This document shows, in pieces, positions 1 to 8,048 of a DNA stretch of 26,982 nt; position 1 is the stretch's first letter, and each line of letters starts with the position of its first letter. Made by a program: the position numbers and the translations under genes. The DNA lies in the IMG/VR virus record IMGVR_UViG_3300005805_000048. One strand, written 5' to 3'. The notes below the pieces were generated by a model that saw only the letters and a list, made by a program, of their open reading frames with translations, was not told the DNA's origin and did no database searches. The DNA comes from a virus.

Positions 1-281
1 CAAGAATTTTCAGAGTCCATCCTATACCTGAATAAACCCAATGGTTGAGGTGAATATATGGAAAGAGTAGAATTTTCCTTAGAAGAAATATTTACTTTTC
101 CATGTAACGAAATAAAAGTATTAATTAATGAATTAACAATTTCCTGCCCGTAAACATTCGAATCATAAAGATTCCAGTCGTAATAATACTGGTAAAACTT
201 TAAGAAATAAAAAGACGACTCTGCACTGAAGGTGGCTTCACTGCTTAAAAATGCGTCTAATGATACGGACGGAGAATTCAT
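1..281 (-). CDS. Hypothetical protein, 3'-truncated by window edge
   Basis: ATG at 281-279 overlaps TAA of upstream gene (TAATG); frame open to window start (MNSPSVSLDAFLSSE...). Not in ORF track. Confidence 0.7.
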   Translation of the reverse strand, partial: MNSPSVSLDAFLSSEATFSAESSFYFLKFYQYYYDWNLYDSNVYGQEIVNSLINTFISLHGKVNISSKENSTLSIYSPQPLGLFRYRMDSENS

Positions 282-673
282 TATGAAATTATTTCGTAGC
301 TTTCAGAAAAACTAGTAAGAATCATTTTGACATAGAGCATTCTGTGTTCGATTGCAGTTAAGAATCTTACTGCACCCATTCTCCATTTGTTTTGTCGAAT
401 GACGTACTCATGCATTTCAGTTTTGTCATCTACAGAAATCATTTCTATAGACTTAATTTTGTCTTTAGATTTTTGAGAAGCTAATTGAAATTCTACGTCT
501 TTACGAATTATTCTTAATTGAAACATCCAAAGATTCGCATTTGCAGTAAGAATCTCCAGCTCGTTTTCACCTGCTTCTCCTTTAATGTCCTTAAGAACTA
601 AGGCATTAAATTCTTGAAGTTCTTCAGATGTAAGATCTTCAAATCGTTTTAAACTCCAAATATCTTTTGTCAT
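281..673 (-). CDS. Hypothetical protein (130 aa)
   Basis: Coupled to UDG gene by ATGA overlap; no recognisable motif. Confidence 0.8.
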   Translation of the reverse strand: MTKDIWSLKRFEDLTSEELQEFNALVLKDIKGEAGENELEILTANANLWMFQLRIIRKDVEFQLASQKSKDKIKSIEMISVDDKTEMHEYVIRQNKWRMGAVRFLTAIEHRMLYVKMILTSFSESYEIIS

Positions 674-1434
674 AATACTTCTTCCTTATTTACAAAGGTA
701 TGTGCGGTTTTTATATCGTTTATAAATTGATCTGTTTGAGACTTTCCAGATTTTATTGCATACATTGGGGAGTAAGTTGGTAGTATCGGCCAATATCCTA
801 ACCAAAGTATATTTCCTCTGTAGTCTTTTATTTTGACTTCACACCCTAACAATGAAACAAGTGGAAGTAAACCCAGAGGAACTATGAGTTTTGGATTTAA
901 TAGTTGAATCTCCGAATGCAGATAGGGTAAACAATTTGCAATCTCTGATTGATCAAATTTCTTCTTGGCTGGGCACCTGTTGACATAGGTCAAACAAACC
1001 TTACTGGAATCAAATCCGGCGGTTTTCAATGACCTAAGAAGAAACTCGACTGCTTCAGAAGACATATTCGGAGATTCAACTATAAACATTGCGTCAGGGT
1101 TAGTAACATTCCATTTTGGAAGTTCGGGAACCACTCCAGACAAATTGCATTTTCTGCAATTTTTAGTAGCGGTGTGAAGATCTAATACAGAGGCTCCTTC
1201 TTTTCTAGAAAGGATATCTGTTCTTAGTTCTTTATAAACTTCTGACAAAAAAGAATCAGGAACTACACCTGACATCTTATTATGAAGAACTTCAATTAAT
1301 TCAGTTTCCATAAAACCCAAATAAGCCCTAGGTGAATTCTTTTGAAAAAGAGTACTAGGTTCTTTTTTAGATTCTAAAGCTTCTTTAATTATATTTTGAA
1401 GATCTTCTTCGTTAAACTCATCCTGGTAAATCAT
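670..1434 (-). CDS. Uracil-DNA glycosylase family 4-like protein (Fe-S type), degenerate active site
   Basis: CRKC, TYVNRCP, CLPYLHSEIQLLNPKLIVPLG and PILPTYSP match the UDG-4 layout; GEAPG reads VESPN and HP reads SP. Confidence 0.85.
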   Translation of the reverse strand: MIYQDEFNEEDLQNIIKEALESKKEPSTLFQKNSPRAYLGFMETELIEVLHNKMSGVVPDSFLSEVYKELRTDILSRKEGASVLDLHTATKNCRKCNLSGVVPELPKWNVTNPDAMFIVESPNMSSEAVEFLLRSLKTAGFDSSKVCLTYVNRCPAKKKFDQSEIANCLPYLHSEIQLLNPKLIVPLGLLPLVSLLGCEVKIKDYRGNILWLGYWPILPTYSPMYAIKSGKSQTDQFINDIKTAHTFVNKEEVL

Positions 1435-1454
1435 ATCTACCAGAGTATATCAGA

Positions 1455-1880
1455 TTAGAATTCGTCTGGAACTGAATTTGACTCAGAAGCGTTGTTGGTT
1501 TCCGTCGAGCCTTTAGCGCCAGACTTTTGCGCACCGAGAACATAGGAGATGGACTCGGCAACAATAACAACTTTGCTACGATTCTGTTCATCTTGCTTCC
1601 AACGTTCCTGGACCAAACGTCCAACAATCTGAATAGGAGAACCCTTCTTAAGATTCTTATTGGTAATTTGAGAATGAATGAAGTTAGCATTCTTGCTAGC
1701 AAAATCATTGCCATCTTTGAGATAATAAACAACATCAAAGTATCCAGAATTATTCTGACTTCCCTTTTCGGAACCAGCATAATCTATTGCTACTCTGAAC
1801 TTGGCAATCTTTTCCAGAACTAATTCTGGATCTGATACGACTGCACCTGTTAAAGTTATTACATTCTTTGGGTCTATCAT
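1455..1880 (-). CDS. ssb: Single-stranded DNA-binding protein
   Basis: NVITLTGAVVSDPEL, FRVA, KGSPIQIVGRLVQERW, RSKVVIVAESI, low-complexity linker, acidic tail PDEF; GGAG SD. Confidence 0.93.
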   Translation of the reverse strand: MIDPKNVITLTGAVVSDPELVLEKIAKFRVAIDYAGSEKGSQNNSGYFDVVYYLKDGNDFASKNANFIHSQITNKNLKKGSPIQIVGRLVQERWKQDEQNRSKVVIVAESISYVLGAQKSGAKGSTETNNASESNSVPDEF

Positions 1881-1901
1881 TTTTTTTTCTCCAATAGTCG
1901 G

Positions 1902-2156
1902 TTAATTTATATTTGGTTTGGTTTGTTCACTGTCAAGAAGAGCCTTCTCGCAGTGATCTATTATTTCCTGCAAATAAAGTATGCAGTATTTCATAGACTC
2001 TACTGGCCCGACTCGGACTGACATGTTATTATACATGTTCATAAATAATCCGAATATGCCAGATTTAATTTCCTGAATAACGTCTGTAGAGACGTTTTCG
2101 GAAACGCGTTCAACCAGTGATGGTTCTTTGGGATATGAATTTTCTTGGTCAGACAT
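1902..2156 (-). CDS. Hypothetical protein (84 aa)
   Basis: Fills gap between HTH gene and ssb with 8-nt overlap. Confidence 0.75.
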   Translation of the reverse strand: MSDQENSYPKEPSLVERVSENVSTDVIQEIKSGIFGLFMNMYNNMSVRVGPVESMKYCILYLQEIIDHCEKALLDSEQTKPNIN

Positions 2157-2454
2157 TACTGTTGTTCCTTCGAGAAAGGACTGTATCTATCATTTCTCCT
2201 AAAATTTTTGTATCTTTGTAACCTTTATCGTACAAGATAGATATCACAGGCTTAGGATCAATATGATTGTAAGTAATTAACTGTAAGTTAAACACATCAT
2301 TAAGTGTATAAATTCTATAATTATTCATATCTCTTCTAGGTTCTGGGTATTTCCTATTCTTTTCCCTATTTGCGATAGTAAGAGAAGAAACATTTAAAAT
2401 AATAGCAACGTCAGATCTAGTAAAAATAGGCTCAACAGTATTCTTTTTTGACAT
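2149..2454 (-). CDS. MerR-type (BldC/excisionase-like) helix-turn-helix protein
   Basis: FTRSDVAIILNVSSLTIANREK...PRRDMNNYRIYTLNDV matches the MerR winged HTH pattern. Confidence 0.85.
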   Translation of the reverse strand: MSKKNTVEPIFTRSDVAIILNVSSLTIANREKNRKYPEPRRDMNNYRIYTLNDVFNLQLITYNHIDPKPVISILYDKGYKDTKILGEMIDTVLSRRNNSNV

Positions 2455-2490
2455 TTTAATACCTTTTTAAAACTTTATACATGTCTATAT

Positions 2491-2519
2491 ATAGTAGCAT
2501 ATACATTGTATAAAATCAA
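2491..2519 (-). promoter_or_regulatory. Sigma70/SigA-type promoter for the HTH-ssb-UDG unit
   Basis: Minus strand TTGATT (2519-2514), 17 nt spacer ending TGC, TACTAT (2496-2491) in a 68-nt intergenic gap; flanked by the inverted repeat TTTATACA/TGTATAAA. Confidence 0.6.
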
Positions 2520-2522
2520 AAT

Positions 2523-3566
2523 CTACATACATAATTTATGATAGATTGTAAATCTAGAATTAAATGAAGCTTCTCTTGGATAGTTAGCACGCATAATTGT
2601 TTGGCTACTTTCAATCACAGATCTTATCATAATAGATAATGTCTTTTTAAGATCATAAGTACGAACAGGATATTCATTGGAATAATGTTCTGAATCCTCA
2701 AATTCTTCTTCGCAATCATCGCCAAAAGGATAACCCTGGTCATTTTCCCAAAACCACTCTATCTCAGCATCCCACAGATTGGCCACCGAAAGATTCGGCC
2801 ATTTAGTTTCTAAAATATTATCAAGAGGTATTTTTTCCCAAAGAGATAAGATGTTATCAACATCTTTGGGGTGTATATGCCTGTGATAACTGGAAGTGGG
2901 AAGCGTACGCTTATATTGAGGATCATAAAAACTGTTATGCTTATGAGCATAGATGGTCAAAATTACTTCTGATAAATCATGATTAAAACCACTATTCCAA
3001 ATCCAATCATAAGCAGATGCCATTACTCCAGAAAGAGTTTTGTCATATCCTTCTATGTCTTCCATTGAAGCAAGGAAAGGACGACATAAACTGCCATTAG
3101 CATAAAAGTTTGGAAGAGGTGGCGCATACATAATTTGGTCAGGACTCTTAAGAGACTCATCCATAAAATACATATGAGCTTTGCAAAGCAACATAGTTTT
3201 TGGATCGTACTCTGCAATATATAGTTGCCACGGAAGAGGTAGATTATAAGATTCTATATCTGATTCTTCTGTAATATAATCAACAGGACGATCTATGTAT
3301 TGAACAAGCTTATGAGTAGGAGGTCGCTCAAATATAAGTATACCTGGTGCACTATAAAGAACTGCGGGAAACAACAATCCACTTGAAACTTGTGGATTAA
3401 AAGTTTGATATAAAGATGTGTAAAAACCTTTTAAGCTAAGATTTGAGCTTTCATTTAAATTTTTAGAAAAAGAAACTCCTTGAATAACACCATCTGAATA
3501 CCGAAATTCTTTTTCAGAATTATGTATTGAAGTATAAGAAAACTTATCAACACCAGTTGGGATCAT
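2523..3566 (-). CDS. Prokaryotic E2-fold protein (Prok-E2 family D/PRTRC-B-like), paralog 3
   Basis: LPLPWQLYI ... MYAPPLPNFYANGSLCRP ... WNSGFNHDL; PNxxxxGxxC equals the E2 catalytic signature. Confidence 0.8.
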   Translation of the reverse strand: MIPTGVDKFSYTSIHNSEKEFRYSDGVIQGVSFSKNLNESSNLSLKGFYTSLYQTFNPQVSSGLLFPAVLYSAPGILIFERPPTHKLVQYIDRPVDYITEESDIESYNLPLPWQLYIAEYDPKTMLLCKAHMYFMDESLKSPDQIMYAPPLPNFYANGSLCRPFLASMEDIEGYDKTLSGVMASAYDWIWNSGFNHDLSEVILTIYAHKHNSFYDPQYKRTLPTSSYHRHIHPKDVDNILSLWEKIPLDNILETKWPNLSVANLWDAEIEWFWENDQGYPFGDDCEEEFEDSEHYSNEYPVRTYDLKKTLSIMIRSVIESSQTIMRANYPREASFNSRFTIYHKLCM

Positions 3567-5104
3567 AAAGTTGCAACCTCTTTTTCAAGTAAGCTTTGAT
3601 CTAAAAGAATGTTTTTTTCAGAAAGATTTAAAATAACTTCGTGTTTAAAAGAACCTTCGCTAAAATTGTGATAATAATCAGATAAAGAAATGATAACTTC
3701 TTTCAAACAAGAGTTAAATTCAGGACATTTTTCATTGATTTCAAATATATAATCAAGATATACCTTCCTAAAAAACCAAGAATATTCGCTGTTTAAAATA
3801 CTAGTACGTACATTCTTTTTGTAAAAATCTTCCCTGTTAAGTTCACGATAAGAATTATTACAATAATGACTTAACATACGATCAGAAAAATAATTAAGAA
3901 AATCTTGAAGATGAAAAACTATTTTAATTTTCCAAGAATTCAAAGCCAGCGAATTATTAGAAGAAGAAATACAACGTCTTGCAATAGATTCACTATACTC
4001 ACTTTCTATTTCTGACAAAGAATCTTCTAGATTTGATTCATCTATATCAGAATCGTAATTAAAAGAAAAAGAAGAATCTTTTTGACTAAGAATTTGTCTT
4101 AAGCTCAAATGATACCTATCGCGAAATTTTTCGTTAATCGATTTGTTTATGTCTTGAATTTTATTAACAAAAGCAAGAGTTTCGTGTAAGTCTAAACACG
4201 AAAGAAAACTAAATATAAATTTAATTCTTGACTTCTCAGAAAAATGCTTAATCAAATCTTCTTTACCATATTGTTTAAAAACAGAAAGAATGTACTTATT
4301 GTTATTTTGTTTAGCTTTTTCATGAACATAGTCAAGAAATTCTTTATCAAACAAATCTTTATGTACATGATAATCTATACCGGCTAATCCAAGATCCAAG
4401 TTCCATCCACCAGAAAAATACTGAGAAATAATGTACTGATAAACTTGAGAAATATTAGTTATGTTAATAGAGTTGTTATTTAGTTGTTCGTGAAAATCAG
4501 AGTAACTTTCACCAAGACAAATCTTTCCGTCATTGAAAATATTCGGGGTATATGGAAGAATCAGTGAATCATCAAATGAAGTTAAAGGAGAGCTTCTAAA
4601 ATACATGGAAACATAAAAAGAATTAGAACTATTTGAAGGATTTACATAATCTATTCCATTAGGAAAGCTTAGTATAACAATAGTCCAAGGAACCCATATT
4701 TCTTCAGTAAAGCTAGATTCGTTTTTTTTTCTTTTACCCCATCGAGAATGACTTTTACGATAGTTAATTCTTACGGGTACTTTAAAGGGTGGGCGTTCTA
4801 CAACAACGCAATTTTCAGATTTATAACGAACACATATAGGAAGCTGAGATTCTAAAATAGAATTCACTATAGTTCTATAATTACCAGGTTTTGATTGAGA
4901 CCAAAAAGAATAGAACTCGCTAGAAGGTACTTTAGCAACAACGCCATTAAGGGTAGTGCTAATCGTGTCAATTACTTCTGTATGATCTTCATTCTTTTTA
5001 GAATAATCAAAAATTTCAGAATAAAGAACCGGTTTACTTTTAAGAATTACCGATTTATTATCAGAAGAATAATCAGTAAAATGAGTAAAAGAAATATTAG
5101 ACAT
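3563..5104 (-). CDS. Prokaryotic E2-fold protein with long C-terminal extension, paralog 2
   Basis: IWVPWTIVI ... PYTPNIFNDGKICLG ... FSGGWNLDL; closely resembles canonical HPNIxxxGxICL. Confidence 0.8.
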   Translation of the reverse strand: MSNISFTHFTDYSSDNKSVILKSKPVLYSEIFDYSKKNEDHTEVIDTISTTLNGVVAKVPSSEFYSFWSQSKPGNYRTIVNSILESQLPICVRYKSENCVVVERPPFKVPVRINYRKSHSRWGKRKKNESSFTEEIWVPWTIVILSFPNGIDYVNPSNSSNSFYVSMYFRSSPLTSFDDSLILPYTPNIFNDGKICLGESYSDFHEQLNNNSINITNISQVYQYIISQYFSGGWNLDLGLAGIDYHVHKDLFDKEFLDYVHEKAKQNNNKYILSVFKQYGKEDLIKHFSEKSRIKFIFSFLSCLDLHETLAFVNKIQDINKSINEKFRDRYHLSLRQILSQKDSSFSFNYDSDIDESNLEDSLSEIESEYSESIARRCISSSNNSLALNSWKIKIVFHLQDFLNYFSDRMLSHYCNNSYRELNREDFYKKNVRTSILNSEYSWFFRKVYLDYIFEINEKCPEFNSCLKEVIISLSDYYHNFSEGSFKHEVILNLSEKNILLDQSLLEKEVATL

Positions 5105-5115
5105 AATAACTCCCT

Positions 5116-6225
5116 TTAACTAGAAAGAGCACTCAAATAAGATTTTTTCGTTTCTCTTTCTGGTGCTTCTTTAAGATCTAGCGCGCTTTCAACATGATTT
5201 GTTATTTTGTGAGCATGATCTGAAACATAATCGGATAAAATTATAGTAAGCTGAGAACGAGCTTCTTCTATAAGTTTAGTTTTATCTTCAAGACTATTGA
5301 AAGATATATTTTCATAGACTAAATGTTTAACTAAATTTTCTTGATCAGTTTTATGGTCTTTTTGAATAAACAAAATAGAATAAGAATCATTTGTGATTCC
5401 TCTGACCAAATAAGAATCTATAGTTTTTGAATGAAGATAATCCGATAAAGACTTTGTATCTTCAACGAGTTTTGAATAAAGATCAAGAGTTGCTAATTTA
5501 AACTTATCTTCTTTGTAATAAGGACAAGCCACTATTTGTTTAGGACCGGAAAAAGGACATTGGCAAACGCTGCCGATCTTTTGAGCTTCTTTCTCTAAGA
5601 TAGAATTACTGCACACGTTCATGATCGAGCTATTAGCGTAAGGATACTTTAAAGATCCCACTTTTCCTGACGAAGAAGTCCGATAATAACATTGAGGAGT
5701 AGAGGAATAATCAACATCGTTTTCAAATATAAAGTCATAATTTATTGAATACATAGAAACAGAAGGATCATAGGTTAACCAAGAGTGTTGTTCTGTATTT
5801 TGATTTGGAGCTGTTCTTAAAACATCGCTGCCTATCAAATAACTGTTAATAATTATTTTAAGATTTTTATTAACATTGTTAATTACAACACCCTTAGGTA
5901 AGTTCATGTAACAATACACCTCTATGGTTTCAGAATTACCTTTTTTCATTTCAGATAAAGCGTTAAGAACCCAAGACGAATAGTGTAAAGTGTCAAAATA
6001 TACATAACCAGAAGGAACAAACGTTTCATTTGGTATAATATTAATATTAATCTTTAAATTATGATCATTGATATAAAAATAACGATAAGCTGAAGTACTT
6101 TCATTTTTTAATCTATCATGAACTTTAATGGGAGAAAAATTCAATAAATTAAAAGCAGAATTAAGCGTATTTATCTTTACGCCGTATTGTAAGTCAAGTT
6201 CAAGCTGATTCATTTCTATCTCCAT
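5116..6225 (-). CDS. Hypothetical protein (369 aa) with central Cys cluster
   Basis: Long ORF; C...C...CQCPF...CPYY cluster; SD-like GGAG overlapping upstream stop region. Confidence 0.85.
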   Translation of the reverse strand: MEIEMNQLELDLQYGVKINTLNSAFNLLNFSPIKVHDRLKNESTSAYRYFYINDHNLKININIIPNETFVPSGYVYFDTLHYSSWVLNALSEMKKGNSETIEVYCYMNLPKGVVINNVNKNLKIIINSYLIGSDVLRTAPNQNTEQHSWLTYDPSVSMYSINYDFIFENDVDYSSTPQCYYRTSSSGKVGSLKYPYANSSIMNVCSNSILEKEAQKIGSVCQCPFSGPKQIVACPYYKEDKFKLATLDLYSKLVEDTKSLSDYLHSKTIDSYLVRGITNDSYSILFIQKDHKTDQENLVKHLVYENISFNSLEDKTKLIEEARSQLTIILSDYVSDHAHKITNHVESALDLKEAPERETKKSYLSALSS

Positions 6226-6857
6226 GTAGTCATAGATGTATTAATAACAAGCTTATTTAAACGATCAATTTCATTAATCAAAAACTGCTTTTCTTCCGTC
6301 ATGGTTTTAATCATATTAAGAAGATATTCAATATCTGTATTTTGTTTGGCGATTTGTTCACTGACTACAACCATTAACTCTACTACATCTTTGTAGCCCA
6401 TAAGGCGAACAGAATCAAATTCGGACTTTGTAAAAGGACTTATCTCTATCAAAAAGGCTTTTCCAACTCCAGTTCCAAATTGACGAACCTTTTCAATTCC
6501 CTTCATTAAATTAAAGTAAACAGAAAATATAGAAGGAAGAACATCTGCATAAACATCTTTGTATAAACTGGTCCTAGAATAAGGATAAACTAAATATCTA
6601 GTAGAATGAGATGAGCTAATAGAATATCCAGTAAACGCATAATTGGTTGTATTTTCAGGTTCTCCAAAAGAATCAGTATACCTTCTGCAGAACTCGTCGT
6701 AATCAACTTCGGTAGCTTCTCTTAAAAAATCAAATTTATCACCAGTTAAACACTGGTAAGTATACTTATCTAATGGCAAAAATTTAGAATTATTCTGCGT
6801 TAACCGAGAAACGATTATATCGTTTGCCTCGTTAATATTACTGATGCTAGAAATCAC
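6216..6857 (-). CDS. Hypothetical protein with C-terminal coiled coil (213 aa)
   Basis: GTG start 2 nt after upstream stop; heptad-like QIAKQNTDIEYLLNMIKTMTEEKQFLINEIDRLNKL. Confidence 0.8.
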   Translation of the reverse strand: MISSISNINEANDIIVSRLTQNNSKFLPLDKYTYQCLTGDKFDFLREATEVDYDEFCRRYTDSFGEPENTTNYAFTGYSISSSHSTRYLVYPYSRTSLYKDVYADVLPSIFSVYFNLMKGIEKVRQFGTGVGKAFLIEISPFTKSEFDSVRLMGYKDVVELMVVVSEQIAKQNTDIEYLLNMIKTMTEEKQFLINEIDRLNKLVINTSMTTWR

Positions 6858-6859
6858 AA

Positions 6860-7132
6860 TTATGCCTCCACTGAATAAAATTCAATTATGTTGTTTTTCA
6901 TGAAAAAGGATAAAGAATAAGAAAGAATATGCACAGACACAACGTCTGGATATATCTTTTTAACAGCTGGGTATATCTTAGATAATGAATAAAGGGTGTT
7001 TAGTAAATCCAATGACGAAGGATCTACAAATAAAACAGATGCGTTATTGTGAGGTGGTGTCAGAAGACTTGGAGTCAACCACGTCCTCAATGGCTGAGGC
7101 AAGTCTTGGGTTATCGTCGGCAACGACTCCAT
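6860..7132 (-). CDS. Hypothetical protein (start uncertain)
   Basis: Fills otherwise empty 6860-7043; called start overlaps the upstream gene by 89 nt. Confidence 0.5.
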   Translation of the reverse strand: MESLPTITQDLPQPLRTWLTPSLLTPPHNNASVLFVDPSSLDLLNTLYSLSKIYPAVKKIYPDVVSVHILSYSLSFFMKNNIIEFYSVEA

Positions 7133-7436
7133 TTGCTCCTTCTTTCATAATTTCAAACATCTTTTTTCTTGCTTCAGAAACATTGTCATGAAATAACTTT
7201 CTTTCATCAGGAGAAGCAAATCCTATTTGAGCAATTAGGGCTTCAATGAATACAGCTTGCTCAGCAAAACCGGTAGCAAGGACAGCTAATTGTTTTTCAT
7301 AAGATTCCATTGTTTTATCAAACTCTTCAAGCTTGGAATCAAACTTTGCAGCCAAGGCTATAATAACTTCATTGAAAGACTTACGAATAGTTTCTAATTC
7401 TGTTTCTGGAATATATGTAATATTTTCTTGGCTCAT
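7044..7436 (-). CDS. Hypothetical helical/coiled-coil protein (130 aa)
   Basis: ATGA overlap with upstream gene; amphipathic helical pattern. Confidence 0.85.
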   Translation of the reverse strand: MSQENITYIPETELETIRKSFNEVIIALAAKFDSKLEEFDKTMESYEKQLAVLATGFAEQAVFIEALIAQIGFASPDERKLFHDNVSEARKKMFEIMKEGANGVVADDNPRLASAIEDVVDSKSSDTTSQ

Positions 7437-8038
7437 ACCTCATACCAGTTTACCTTGTTGGCCACATGAGATGCAAGTGCCAAGTCAACTAAATATGAAA
7501 TTGAATGAAGTTCTTGCCTGGTAACCTTGATACTGTCAACAGAAATTGGAGATTTCATGTTTGGAAGAAAGGCACCTGTTTCAGATTTACGAGCATCAAA
7601 ATGTCCTGCTTTAAAAACAAAAGCAGAAGAATCATAAGTGTCGTTGTTCTGCCAATAATGTATTTTTAAAATACGACTTACGGGTCTACTATTAATTTCT
7701 GTTCCACCGTAAGAAACAAAGCTCTCGTTAGTTACAGCCCCAGTACGCTCATTGGCAGGAAAATCTTTAACAGCAGTGCCATTGATAACAGAACGCAGCC
7801 AAGCAGCAAAGTCAACTGCATCGACAAAAACATTTGTACTGGAAATAAGCTTTCCATCAGGACCAGTCTTGCCAATATCAATTTTAAATTTCATACCAGC
7901 AAACCAAGGACGAATAGAAATAAATCCACTTTGGGTTTTAGATCTAAACCACTTTTTGTAAAGATCCTGTTCATAAACTCTTTCGGTAATAACAGAATCT
8001 TCAGTATTAGAATTATCAAATTCTTCAATAATGGTCAT
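7433..8038 (-). CDS. Hypothetical protein (201 aa, alpha/beta pattern)
   Basis: AAGGA SD, 10 nt after AAA gene stop; no motif recognised. Confidence 0.85.
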   Translation of the reverse strand: MTIIEEFDNSNTEDSVITERVYEQDLYKKWFRSKTQSGFISIRPWFAGMKFKIDIGKTGPDGKLISSTNVFVDAVDFAAWLRSVINGTAVKDFPANERTGAVTNESFVSYGGTEINSRPVSRILKIHYWQNNDTYDSSAFVFKAGHFDARKSETGAFLPNMKSPISVDSIKVTRQELHSISYLVDLALASHVANKVNWYEV

Positions 8039-8048
8039 AAGCTATCCT

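Noticed and set aside
1418-1780. Alternative-frame minus ORFs (1418-1780, 12993-13244, 19240-19473, 26219-26422)
   Set aside because: Nested in ssb, the E2-ZnF gene, whiB and helicase; no independent support.
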